From IMG/VR virus record IMGVR_UViG_3300029422_000005: a stretch of DNA of 58,960 nucleotides, one strand, 5' to 3'. Numbering within the stretch: position 1 is the first letter of the stretch; each line of letters begins with the position of its first letter. Under the pieces are notes generated by a model, which searched no databases, was not told the origin of the DNA, and was given only the letters and a program-made list of their open reading frames with translations. Source of the DNA: a virus. The translations under genes and the position numbers were made by a program. Positions 35,087 through 43,663 of the stretch are shown one piece after another.

Positions 35087-36166
35087 TTATTTGCTGTTAA
35101 GCGCTTCGATAGAATAGAACACTGGCATATACTTGTCCACAACGCCTGCCTTGTCTACGCTTCTAATCAGATAGCCAACAGGTCTGTCCGGAAACGGAGA
35201 CCTATCCAAAGACAAAATGTCATTATATGCTGCCTTTACCGTGTCGTAAACCGCCTCTCTTCGTCTTGGCAGCTTGATTTCAGGATGCTCTTTCTTCATC
35301 CACTTTTCAATCACCTTTGCCACGTCAATGCAGTCCTGCTTTTCCAGTTCGTCGCACACAGACCAGTCGAAATCCTCATATCCGCTTCTGCGGGGCTTTC
35401 TGACGGCTTTTTGAGGTTCGGTCAGCACTTCGCTTGCCTGCGCTTCAATCAGCTTCTCAGACGCTTTAATTTTGGGCTTAAACTTGACTGCCACAGCCTT
35501 TCGTGCCACAAGGACTGGTTCGTAGGTCACAACAATGTCAGACACGGCATTGATTTCATCTACCGCAACGTCAATCACTCGTTTGCGAAGGTTCTTATAA
35601 ACATCGTAGCTGGCTTCCATTGCACCGAGCTGCTCTCTCAACTTCTTCAGACTGATTTCATGCGGTTTGTTGTCCATATTCAACCAGTCCCGAAGAATCG
35701 AGTAAAGCAAGATGCTGTACTGTGACTTCATTCGTGACGTGTAACGCAGCCGATACCGAACATATCCGCTTTCGGCAATGTCAAAGAAGATAGAGCGCAG
35801 GTCAGGGTTGCATGTGATTGCTACAACGTAAGACCTTGTTTCGGGCACATAGTCCAGTTTTGCCCTTGTAAACAAGACAAAGCTTTCAAACGTTCCTTTC
35901 TCCTTGTCAATCGGAATCGACACCGTATTTCCTAAAAAGTGCTTAATCTGCGGCTCAACCCTTCTTGCATCAAGGCTTTTCAGTCCAAGAAGCTCCCTAT
36001 ATTCCGCCAAAGTGAACTCCACACGGCTGCTGTTTGGGTCTCTCGGATTTATTCTTGATAGGTAAACCTCCAACAACCGAAGTTCTCCTGCGGTGTAGTC
36101 CCTGAACTTTGCCCAAACAAGGGATTTGCTTTTCTCGACAAGGTTGTTGTCTGATATTTTTGGCAT
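35087..36166 (-). CDS. Plasmid replication initiator (Rep_3/RepB-like)
   Basis: AAAGGAAG RBS. MPKISDNNLVEKSKSLVWAKFRDYTAGELRLLEVYLSRINP... Iteron array immediately upstream. Confidence 0.8.
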   Translation of the reverse strand: MPKISDNNLVEKSKSLVWAKFRDYTAGELRLLEVYLSRINPRDPNSSRVEFTLAEYRELLGLKSLDARRVEPQIKHFLGNTVSIPIDKEKGTFESFVLFTRAKLDYVPETRSYVVAITCNPDLRSIFFDIAESGYVRYRLRYTSRMKSQYSILLYSILRDWLNMDNKPHEISLKKLREQLGAMEASYDVYKNLRKRVIDVAVDEINAVSDIVVTYEPVLVARKAVAVKFKPKIKASEKLIEAQASEVLTEPQKAVRKPRRSGYEDFDWSVCDELEKQDCIDVAKVIEKWMKKEHPEIKLPRRREAVYDTVKAAYNDILSLDRSPFPDRPVGYLIRSVDKAGVVDKYMPVFYSIEALNSK

Positions 36167-36205
36167 CTGCTCACTTCCTTTAATGATCTGAAAACAGTAT
36201 ACCAC

Positions 36206-36763
36206 AAGTAGGGGGACGTGTCAACCGTTTTCGTCCCCCATGGCTTGTCTTTTTGTCCCCCGTATCCTCGTCATTTTGTCCCCCGTGACTTGTCAAAACG
36301 CCCCCCATGCTTTGTCATTTTGTCCCCCATCTACATATTATATATTAAACAAGAAATAAACAAGAGATTAAATATCATCGTTAAATAGCCGATGACGATA
36401 ATTTTCAACAAATTCTTTATTTTTCCATTCCAGTTTGTGGATAACTCAAGCCGTCACTTGCTGAATAAGACTGTACCGGTGGTGAATCGACCTTCCATTA
36501 GCCATGCCAAACGTGGGCGGATTGTGAATAGGTGTACAAAAAGTGGATGGAAATGTATACCTAATCTGCACGATGGGGGACAGATTGACAAGCCACTCAA
36601 TCGCAAATAGCTGAATAACGATAATTCGTTATTTATTCCGCGCGAATGTTGTCGATTCACAGCCTATGGGGGACGGAATGACAAGGTAAATTTTCCCGAT
36701 AGGTGTACAAAAAGTGGATGGACGTGGACAAAATGTTCTTCAAAAACTGCGATAATTCGACAA
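36206..36763. promoter_or_regulatory. Plasmid origin region (oriV candidate): iterons, AT-rich stretch 36330-36390, inverted iterons, 24-bp direct repeats
   Basis: ATGGGGGAC...GACAAG at 36573-36592 and 36666-36685. ATAGGTGTACAAAAAGTGGATGGA at 36528-36551 and 36699-36722. Confidence 0.7.
36211..36330. repeat. Iteron array: five direct TTTTGTCCCCC[A/G]T-type repeats at 22-23-bp spacing plus one inverted copy
   Basis: GTCCCCC cores at 36233, 36255, 36278, 36300 (degenerate GCCCCCC) and 36322. GGGGGAC at 36211. Confidence 0.85.
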
Positions 36764-37357
36764 TCAGCGAAAAATGTTTTCTTCGTTGATGGTATAAGAA
36801 TCGTTTCGTTTCATGGCCGCAGCTTCCCCACAGTCCTGTGCCTGATATAAAATCTGCATATTGGGCTGTGTTCCGTCTGGGTCTGGGTCAGTTTTGGTGG
36901 CCTGTGCCATTTCATAATGACCTGTGACGGTGCGGCAGACGGACACACGATCACGCAAAGTCGTGTGAAGGTTGGCTACCATTTCGCACAGAACAGCAAG
37001 GTAATCTGAGCCGTGATTGCCATAGATCAGATAACACAGAAGGTCAATTTCTTGCGGATGGGCTTCTTTGATATGCTCTATCAGCGTATCTCTCTTTCTC
37101 TCGGTGCTGGCATCGCCAGCCAGACTTTCCAATAAGCCAGGATGCAAACAGGTGTCTATGTACGGTTTGACCGCAACGCCGCAGCACACGAACCACTTTA
37201 TGATGGTAGGAGCATCTGGGGTCATTGTCCCTTGCTCGTAACGAAAAATGGATGTCCGGCCTACACCCATTTTGTCCGCAAGCTTCTGTTGGCTAAGTCC
37301 GGATTCCGCTCTTGCCATCTCTAACGCTTTTGCCACTCGTATCCTATAATCATCCAT
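36764..37357 (-). CDS. XRE-family HTH regulator with a C-terminal domain (repressor candidate)
   Basis: MDDYRIRVAKALEMARAESGLSQQKLADKMGVGRTSIFRYEQG... Divergent from the rightward early genes. Confidence 0.75.
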   Translation of the reverse strand: MDDYRIRVAKALEMARAESGLSQQKLADKMGVGRTSIFRYEQGTMTPDAPTIIKWFVCCGVAVKPYIDTCLHPGLLESLAGDASTERKRDTLIEHIKEAHPQEIDLLCYLIYGNHGSDYLAVLCEMVANLHTTLRDRVSVCRTVTGHYEMAQATKTDPDPDGTQPNMQILYQAQDCGEAAAMKRNDSYTINEENIFR

Positions 37358-37518
37358 AAATACCCCTCTTTCGACAAAATGATACAAAAGCAAAGAAATT
37401 TAACTGATATATTGTTCAAAATGTGAAACAATAATTGAAAAAAGTCGCTGTTCCATTGAAACAGCGAGATGTGGTATAACAATATTGTCAAAAAATTCCA
37501 AAGAAGAAGGGAACAAAA

Positions 37519-37629
37519 ATGAAAGAAACTGTAATCTGGAACCATGAACGTATGCCGATCATCGACGGAATGCCTGCCAGCGTTCCCGATGGGCAGCCAC
37601 ACACACCTGAACCGTGGGAGGAAAGCTAA
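37519..37629 (+). CDS. Hypothetical 36-aa peptide
   Basis: ATG at 37519. TAATG overlap with the next gene. MKETVIWNHERMPIIDGMPASVPDGQPHTPEPWEES. Confidence 0.35.
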   Translation: MKETVIWNHERMPIIDGMPASVPDGQPHTPEPWEES

Positions 37630-37835
37630 TGAACCGAACTGTAGATGCTCTGATTATCCCATACGCTCGCAGACGGACGCTGGAGCTTGTCCTGAGCCTT
37701 TCTGGGTACGAAGCTGATAAAGATGCTTACCTTGAAGCAAAAGGCATCCTGGAACGTGCCATAGCCGCCTTAGACGATGGACGTGACCCGGCAGACAGCA
37801 TCGAACGCATTGACGGACAGCTTGTGGAACTGTGA
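37629..37835 (+). CDS. Hypothetical protein (68 aa)
   Basis: GGGAGG RBS. In frame within ORF 37614-37835. Confidence 0.55.
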   Translation: MNRTVDALIIPYARRRTLELVLSLSGYEADKDAYLEAKGILERAIAALDDGRDPADSIERIDGQLVEL

Positions 37836-37847
37836 AAGGAGAAGAAG

Positions 37848-38093
37848 ATGGACTTTACGAATGGATTCTATAAAGCCGAAAACCCTGTCGTTCTTGAAGA
37901 AGTGAAAACCTTCCTCCAGTCAATGGAACGGCGTGGAGCAACCGTAAAAGACTTAGAAGATGCCATTGTGCAGTTAAACAATGTTTCGCATAGCATCAGC
38001 ACAAACGCGCTCGTCAAAGCAGATGTGCTGGACAAGTTGCCTGAAAACCCCTTTCGTTCCATTCTCAACGGAATGTTACAAAGCAAAGGGTAA
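37848..38093 (+). CDS. Hypothetical protein (81 aa)
   Basis: ORF track. AAAGGAGAAG RBS. Confidence 0.55.
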   Translation: MDFTNGFYKAENPVVLEEVKTFLQSMERRGATVKDLEDAIVQLNNVSHSISTNALVKADVLDKLPENPFRSILNGMLQSKG

Positions 38094-38279
38094 CTTAAAC
38101 TTAATGTGGCTCTTAATCATTGTCATCGCAATTTTTGGCTTCCCCGACGCAAAGTAATTGATGTGAAGAAAACGTTCGATTTTTACGAAGTTGTTCAAAA
38201 TGCATTGACTTAACAACTAAAAGATGTATATTTGTATCAAATGAACATCTGCACTTACCGATCGGGAGGATATGCCACA

Positions 38280-38381
38280 ATGAGTGAACAGGAAAGAGCC
38301 AAGATTGACCGATTTATTGCATGGCTGCTGGAACATCCTGAAAAGATTCCGGAAGCGGAACAAGCACTAGACCTAGAATAA
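38280..38381 (+). CDS. Hypothetical 33-aa peptide with its own promoter-like element and terminator
   Basis: GGGAGG RBS. MSEQERAKIDRFIAWLLEHPEKIPEAEQALDLE. TTGACT...TATATT lies upstream. Confidence 0.35.
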   Translation: MSEQERAKIDRFIAWLLEHPEKIPEAEQALDLE

Positions 38382-38386
38382 CAGAA

Positions 38387-38436
38387 AATCCCTTGCGCAG
38401 AGCTACACCAGCCCGGCACAAGGGATTCTTTTATTT
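38387..38436. terminator. Bidirectional terminator aatcccttg/caagggatt plus T-run
   Basis: A 9-bp stem between convergent 38280-38381(+) and 38452-38772(-). Confidence 0.7.
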
Positions 38437-38451
38437 TACCGGGCATGAACG

Positions 38452-38772
38452 TTACATCTTCTCGATCAGGTTCATCAGAGCTTCACGCTGTTCTTTCGGC
38501 ATAGATTCAAGCTTTCTTCTAATCCGCTCCACTGCTGCATCGACTTCACTTTGCGGCTGCTGGGGCGGGTTTTCTTTTTGGACGCCAGTGAGTTCCTCAA
38601 CCGTAACACCTAGTGCGTTGGCTACTGGCAAAAGCATTTCATCTGGAAAATCTCTGTCGGTAGTCAGCATTTGAGAGATATAACCCCTGCTTTTTCCGAT
38701 TTCTCTGCACACAAAGGATATATTCACACCTTTATTGGCAGCGATTTTCTTAGCTCGCTCCACATTGCGCAT
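38452..38772 (-). CDS. XRE-family HTH repressor (CI-like side of the switch)
   Basis: MRNVERAKKIAANKGVNISFVCREIGKSRGYISQML... Divergent from a Cro-like gene. Confidence 0.75.
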   Translation of the reverse strand: MRNVERAKKIAANKGVNISFVCREIGKSRGYISQMLTTDRDFPDEMLLPVANALGVTVEELTGVQKENPPQQPQSEVDAAVERIRRKLESMPKEQREALMNLIEKM

Positions 38773-38832
38773 AGAAAAAGACCTCTCTTTTTGTGCAAAT
38801 AGCCAAATGTTCACAGAATTGAAGATTGACTA

Positions 38833-38861
38833 TTGAAAAATAGCCACTTGGCTAGTATAAT
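38833..38861 (+). promoter_or_regulatory. Promoter TTGAAA-17-TATAAT with the palindromic operator TAGCCAcTTGGCTA in its spacer
   Basis: Palindrome at 38841-38854. Extra TAGCCA/TGGCTA half-sites near 38800 and 38994. Confidence 0.55.
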
Positions 38862-38999
38862 ATGAAGCACAGGGCAAACAAAAACCAAGACCCCTGAAAA
38901 ATCTATCGGGAAGTCGCTGGAAAATGTTCACTTTGTACCTCGCAACTACATAGTAGCATATTTTCTAGTAAAATGCAAGCCAAGAAAGGAGAATGGCTA

Positions 39000-39200
39000 G
39001 TGAATCTTTCTAAAATCGACGAGTTTCGCAAGTTGCATGGTCTGTCTCGTACTGACTTGGAAGTAGCTGCTGGTTTGAGCAACGGCGCACTGGGCAAGTG
39101 GGAACGCTCCGCAAATGGGCCGAGCGTTCGACAGCTTGTGAAAGTCGCTGATTACTTCCGCGTGTCGGTGGATGCTCTTCTTGTAAGAGATAAGCAGTAA
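39000..39200 (+). CDS. XRE-family HTH protein (Cro-like)
   Basis: AAAGGAG RBS 8 nt before the GTG at 39000. ...LHGLSRTDLEVAAGLSNGALGKWERS...VADYFRVSVDALL. Confidence 0.7.
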   Translation: MNLSKIDEFRKLHGLSRTDLEVAAGLSNGALGKWERSANGPSVRQLVKVADYFRVSVDALLVRDKQ

Positions 39201-39220
39201 ATCATAAGAAAGGGTTAAAA

Positions 39221-39979
39221 ATGAACGACATTATCTTATCTATGCAGAATGGCGAGCCTGTGGTTTCCAGCCGTCAGATTGCAGAGAGCTTTGAGAAGCG
39301 TCATGACCATGTGATGCGTGACATCGAAGACATTATGAGGGGTCTCCCCAAAAATGGGGACACCCCCATGTTCTACAAGACCGAGTACGTCCATGAGCAG
39401 AACGGCCAGAGCTACCCCATGTATCTGATGAACCGTGACGGCTTTACACTGTTGGCAATGGGCTTCAATGGCAAGGCTGCTCTCGAATGGAAACTGAAGT
39501 ACATTGCAGCGTTCAACGAAATGGAAAAGAAGCTGGCCGAAAAGCCGCAGCTTACCCGGTCGCAACTCCTTGCAACTGCACTGATCGCAGCGCATGAGGA
39601 ACTGGAACAGAAGGACAAGCAGATTGAAACCATGAAACCGAAAGCGCTTTTTGCAGATGCCGTGAGTGCTAGCAAAAAGAGCATTTTGGTTGGTGAAATG
39701 GCAAAGTTGCTATCTCAGAACGGCATTAACATCGGTCAGAACCGCTTGTTTGACTGGCTACGCCGGAATGGCTATCTCATCAAAGACCCGAAACGTAGCG
39801 ATTACAACTTGCCTACACAGCGGAGTATGGAGATGGGGCTGTTTGAAATCAAAGAGACCACGATTCAGCACAGCGACCACATTTCTATCAACCGCACTCC
39901 GAAGATTTCCGGTCGCGGCCAAGTCTACTTTGTAAACCTCTTCTTGAAAGTAGAGAAGAACCAGAAAGCGGAGGGCTGA
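39221..39979 (+). CDS. Rha plus KilAC antirepressor (second copy)
   Basis: ...VVSSRQIAESFEKRHDHVMRDIE...YPMYLMNRDGFTLLAMGF... C-terminal ...ILVGEMAKLLSQNGINIGQNRLF... Confidence 0.8.
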   Translation: MNDIILSMQNGEPVVSSRQIAESFEKRHDHVMRDIEDIMRGLPKNGDTPMFYKTEYVHEQNGQSYPMYLMNRDGFTLLAMGFNGKAALEWKLKYIAAFNEMEKKLAEKPQLTRSQLLATALIAAHEELEQKDKQIETMKPKALFADAVSASKKSILVGEMAKLLSQNGINIGQNRLFDWLRRNGYLIKDPKRSDYNLPTQRSMEMGLFEIKETTIQHSDHISINRTPKISGRGQVYFVNLFLKVEKNQKAEG

Positions 39980-39981
39980 AC

Positions 39982-40377
39982 ATGGAACAGATTATCACCT
40001 TAAAGGTAGACCTTGAATACCCGGAAGAAGCGCACCACGCCATTGATGAGGCGGTCAAGGTCTACGAAGCGGACAGACTGAAGTGGACAGAAGAGGAGAT
40101 TGCCGAAGCGAAGCATCTGGCGATGAAGATCATGGAACAGTTGTGCTTGGATGGGTATAGCATTGAATGGTGCGAAGTCACGGAAGCGTACTACTACAAG
40201 GCAGTTTCTGTTTGGCTTAAAAGCCCGGGCGATGAAAGCTTTAAGCGAAATGCAACGTGCTGCATCCTTTCTGCTTATTTTGATACTTGGGTTTCCAAGT
40301 GTGTCTGCCTGTGCCGGGCTACCAGCAGGGATGTGCCCGCTTTTATCGTCAAAAAGGTCGGTGAGTGCTGGCAATGA
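39982..40377 (+). CDS. Hypothetical protein (131 aa)
   Basis: ORF track. Confidence 0.55.
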   Translation: MEQIITLKVDLEYPEEAHHAIDEAVKVYEADRLKWTEEEIAEAKHLAMKIMEQLCLDGYSIEWCEVTEAYYYKAVSVWLKSPGDESFKRNATCCILSAYFDTWVSKCVCLCRATSRDVPAFIVKKVGECWQ

Positions 40378-40547
40378 AATTTTGTAAAGCGCAAAGCCGT
40401 AAGCGTAGATTGAAACTGGCGATGGCAGCGGGCGTGTCACGGAACGAAGCCAACAAGGTACTGTGGATGGAAAAGATGCTGAACCAGTGTTTTGAAAGGC
40501 ATAACCGGGAAGCCAAGAAGAAAGCAGGAGAGCAGTATGGAGATTAA
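40374..40547 (+). CDS. Hypothetical basic protein (57 aa)
   Basis: ATGA overlap with the upstream stop. Confidence 0.45.
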   Translation: MKFCKAQSRKRRLKLAMAAGVSRNEANKVLWMEKMLNQCFERHNREAKKKAGEQYGD

Positions 40548-40980
40548 ATACTGTGAGCGCTGTGGAGCTCTTCTTGGAATGGTAGCCGCAAATCGAAAAT
40601 ACTGCCTTAACTGCTACAGCATTGCAAATTTGGAGCGAGGCAGAGAACGTAACCGAAAACGAACTGAGGCCAAGCGAAAAGAAACCGCAAAGCCTGTTCC
40701 TTGCGCTTGGTGCGGTAAACCACTTGTGCGGAGAAATGTTTGCCAGAAGTATCACGCAGAGTGCTCGAAAGCAGCTTACGCGACCTCACAAAAAAAGCTG
40801 CGCGAGAAGTATCGAAAAAGCGGTAAAAGCGGCCAATACAAGAAGCCGGAGCGGAAAAAGGCAAAGCCGAAGAATAAGGACTATACCATCGAGGAAATAA
40901 AAGCAAAGGCAAAGGAGCTTGGCACAACATACGGCAAGGTAGTGCTTGGACTACAGCTTGGAACGATTGATAGGTGGTAA
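40537..40980 (+). CDS. Zinc-ribbon protein with a Lys/Arg-rich C-terminus
   Basis: GGAGAG RBS. YCERCGALL...CLNCY and PCAWCGKPL... Confidence 0.55.
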   Translation: MEIKYCERCGALLGMVAANRKYCLNCYSIANLERGRERNRKRTEAKRKETAKPVPCAWCGKPLVRRNVCQKYHAECSKAAYATSQKKLREKYRKSGKSGQYKKPERKKAKPKNKDYTIEEIKAKAKELGTTYGKVVLGLQLGTIDRW

Positions 40981-41074
40981 AGATGAACGGCAAATATTAT
41001 GGAAAGCGAGAGATTCGATGGCAAAGCCGAGAAGCTAACCGCCTAGAACATATTCACAGAAAGGACTATAAGAA

Positions 41075-41275
41075 ATGTACAAAAACAAAAGATACAAGCG
41101 AAAGCTTGCACGGGATGACCTGTCCCACAAAGCGTACGAGCTCGTAAATGATATGTATGGCATGGTCATTAGTTCCGGCTTGAAGCTGAAAGAAATCCGC
41201 ATGGTTTGTGTAATGCTGCGCAAGAAAATCGAAAACACGGTTGCAGAATGTGCCGTTGGTGGACGGGAGGGCTGA
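41075..41275 (+). CDS. Hypothetical protein (66 aa)
   Basis: ORF track. Confidence 0.45.
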   Translation: MYKNKRYKRKLARDDLSHKAYELVNDMYGMVISSGLKLKEIRMVCVMLRKKIENTVAECAVGGREG

Positions 41276-41277
41276 GT

Positions 41278-41472
41278 GTGAAGACGTTGGTTGAACTTAT
41301 CTTGATTTGGGCCGGGACGCTAGCAATCGTCCTGGCATTCCTCCTTGTGAATATGTGGTTGATGAACGAGATCTGTGTTATGGTTGGCATTGAAGCTGCG
41401 AAATACACTATTGCAGCCGCAGCCATCGCCGCATCGGCTTGGGTATTCGGGCACAAGGGTGAGAAAAAATGA
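41278..41472 (+). CDS. Small membrane protein (2 TM)
   Basis: GTG start after GGGAGGG. VKTLVELILIWAGTLAIVLAFLLVNMWLMN... Confidence 0.45.
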   Translation: MKTLVELILIWAGTLAIVLAFLLVNMWLMNEICVMVGIEAAKYTIAAAAIAASAWVFGHKGEKK

Positions 41473-41705
41473 CGCTCGAAGATGCCATGAAAGAACGCGG
41501 CATTCGTGTGAATGAGCTTTGTCGAAAAAGCACAGTGTCGAGGCCGACACTGGATAGCATTCTCGGGAGAAGAAGAGCCAGGCACAAAGAAGGAATCAGA
41601 ACGGGGACACTTTTGAAGATATGCGATGTTCTGAACGCATACGCAATCGTCGATGGCTCAAACCCGGACTACTTCGATGTCGTGTTGAAAAAGGTGGAAA
41701 AATGA
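41469..41705 (+). CDS. Small HTH protein
   Basis: ATGA overlap. ...GIRVNELCRKSTVSRPTLDSIL... Confidence 0.55.
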   Translation: MTLEDAMKERGIRVNELCRKSTVSRPTLDSILGRRRARHKEGIRTGTLLKICDVLNAYAIVDGSNPDYFDVVLKKVEK

Positions 41706-41962
41706 AAAGCGCAAAAGGGACGATATTAGTTACAGTTGGGATTTTGTTCTCGATCTGGTCTGTTAGTTGCGGAAACTCAATTGAAAACGCAACAACGCTT
41801 GGAGCTGGGCTGTTTTACACTTTTCTCTCGGTTTCGCTTTTGGCTGTAGCACTTGTCATGTGCGCGCTTGGTGTTACTGCGGAAAATGAATATGACGACC
41901 GTAAAAGCAAGAAAATCAGCCGTGCAACACATCATACCAACAAATGGAGGAATGCAGAATGA
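41702..41962 (+). CDS. Small membrane protein
   Basis: ATGA overlap. Two hydrophobic segments. Confidence 0.5.
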   Translation: MKSAKGTILVTVGILFSIWSVSCGNSIENATTLGAGLFYTFLSVSLLAVALVMCALGVTAENEYDDRKSKKISRATHHTNKWRNAE

Positions 41963-42108
41963 ACGAAATGTACGATTGCTCCGGCTGTTTTGATCGGTTC
42001 GGTGGCGTGGTTGAGCCGCCCGATGACTACTACTTCGCACCCAGAGCGGACGAAGAGCCTGAATGGCAGCGGCCAGATGAAGCGGATTCCGTGTGCTGGG
42101 GAGATTGA
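41959..42108 (+). CDS. Hypothetical acidic 49-aa protein
   Basis: ATGA overlap. MNEMYDCSGCFDRFGGVVEPPDDYYF... Confidence 0.35.
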   Translation: MNEMYDCSGCFDRFGGVVEPPDDYYFAPRADEEPEWQRPDEADSVCWGD

Positions 42109-42178
42109 TTTTTGTACAGCCGTATTAAGCCAAAGTAAGAGCAATGAAGCCTAATGAAGCCGAAGAAAGGAAAGAAAA

Positions 42179-42808
42179 ATGGCAGTATTAGTAATGGTCT
42201 ACGGTCATTCCGGCAGCGGTAAGTCCGCTTCGCTTCGGAACTTTGACCCGGAACAGGTTGCGGTTATCAACGTTCTTGGCAAGCCGCTGCCTTTCCGCAG
42301 CAACATGAAAACCTATATCACCAACGACTACGGCAAAATTGACACCGCAATCCACAGCACCAAGCGTAAGTCCATCGTCATTGATGATGCCACCTATCTT
42401 ATGACTGGCGAGTTCATGCGGAACGCAAAGGTTGCTGGATACCAGAAGTTTACCGACATGGCAGCAAACTTCAACACCCTGCTGATGCGGGCGAAGGAAC
42501 TGCCGGACGATGTTGTGGTCTACTTTTTCGGTCACAGCGAGCGTGACGGAGACGGTGGCGAAAAGTTCAAGACCATCGGCAAGCTGCTGGACGAAAAAGT
42601 CTGCGTGGAAGGGTACTTTACCATCGTTCTGAAAACTGTTGTGCAGGATGGGCGATACCTGTTCAGCACTCGCAATGATGGGATTGACACCGTGAAAACC
42701 CCTCTTGGGATGTTCAACGATGCGCTGATCGAGAACGACCTCGCAGCCGTAGACAAGACCATCCGTGAGTATTACAACATCCCGGTTCAGAACGAACAAG
42801 AAGGTTGA
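42179..42808 (+). CDS. AAA_24/Sak4-like recombination ATPase
   Basis: VLVMVYGHSGSGKSASL (Walker A). About 209 aa, followed by a DUF669-type gene as in Sak4 modules. Confidence 0.75.
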   Translation: MAVLVMVYGHSGSGKSASLRNFDPEQVAVINVLGKPLPFRSNMKTYITNDYGKIDTAIHSTKRKSIVIDDATYLMTGEFMRNAKVAGYQKFTDMAANFNTLLMRAKELPDDVVVYFFGHSERDGDGGEKFKTIGKLLDEKVCVEGYFTIVLKTVVQDGRYLFSTRNDGIDTVKTPLGMFNDALIENDLAAVDKTIREYYNIPVQNEQEG

Positions 42809-42815
42809 AAGGACT

Positions 42816-43019
42816 ATGCATATTGACCGTATCGAACTAATTGCAGAGATGTCACGGCAGGGCATTAAGACGCAGGAACTTGCATATAGAGCGGGTATTC
42901 CTTGTTCCTTTGTAAAAGCCCTCCGTAAAGGTAAGACACCAACTTACGGTTCTGTTTATTTAGTCGCTAAAATATTGGGCGTTCCTATCAAAGATCTTTT
43001 AGAAAACAAAGGAGAATAA
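42816..43019 (+). CDS. Small XRE-like HTH protein
   Basis: MHIDRIELIAEMSRQGIKTQELAYRAGIPCSFVKALRKG... Confidence 0.55.
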   Translation: MHIDRIELIAEMSRQGIKTQELAYRAGIPCSFVKALRKGKTPTYGSVYLVAKILGVPIKDLLENKGE

Positions 43020-43022
43020 CAG

Positions 43023-43595
43023 ATGAAGAACATTAACTGGAATGACGTGCAGGAAGCAACTGAACGCCGTGACCTGCCTGTTGGCGGCTATGTTGCCGGT
43101 ATCTGCAAGGCAACGGACGAACCCGCAAAGGAGCGTCTGAACATTGAGTGGGAAGTCGCAGAGGGCGAGTTCAAGGGCTACTGGCGTGAGCAGACCGCTT
43201 CCCTTGTCGAGCGTGGCAAGTTGAATCCTGGCGAATGGGCATGGGGCGGCAAGACCATCAAGAGCTACAAGGAAAAGGCACTGCCGTTCTTCAAGGGCTT
43301 CATCACCGCTGTGGAGCAGTCCAATCCCGGTTACAAGTTTAACAACGATGAAAAGACCCTGCGTGGCAAGCTGGTCGGCGTGGTTCTCCGTGAGGAAGAG
43401 TACATGGGCAACGATGGCAACATCAAGACGAAGCTGGTCGTTGACCGATTCACCAGCGTGGACAAGATTCGTTCCGGCGATTATGAGGTCAGACCGAAAA
43501 AAACGCTGGCTGGCGGGTCTGGCTCCGGCTACTCGCAGGGCGGGAACGATGACTTTTCCGTAATTGAGGGCAATGCGGATGACATGCCATTCTGA
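43023..43595 (+). CDS. DUF669-family ssDNA-binding-like protein
   Basis: AAAGGAG RBS. Gly/Ser linker and an acidic C-terminal tip ...EGNADDMPF (SSB-tail-like). Confidence 0.65.
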   Translation: MKNINWNDVQEATERRDLPVGGYVAGICKATDEPAKERLNIEWEVAEGEFKGYWREQTASLVERGKLNPGEWAWGGKTIKSYKEKALPFFKGFITAVEQSNPGYKFNNDEKTLRGKLVGVVLREEEYMGNDGNIKTKLVVDRFTSVDKIRSGDYEVRPKKTLAGGSGSGYSQGGNDDFSVIEGNADDMPF

Positions 43596-43663
43596 CCTGT
43601 AAGGCATTGAACGCCTACCTTATATAAAAGCTGTGCTATCTGGCTGAACGGGCGTTTGGAAAG

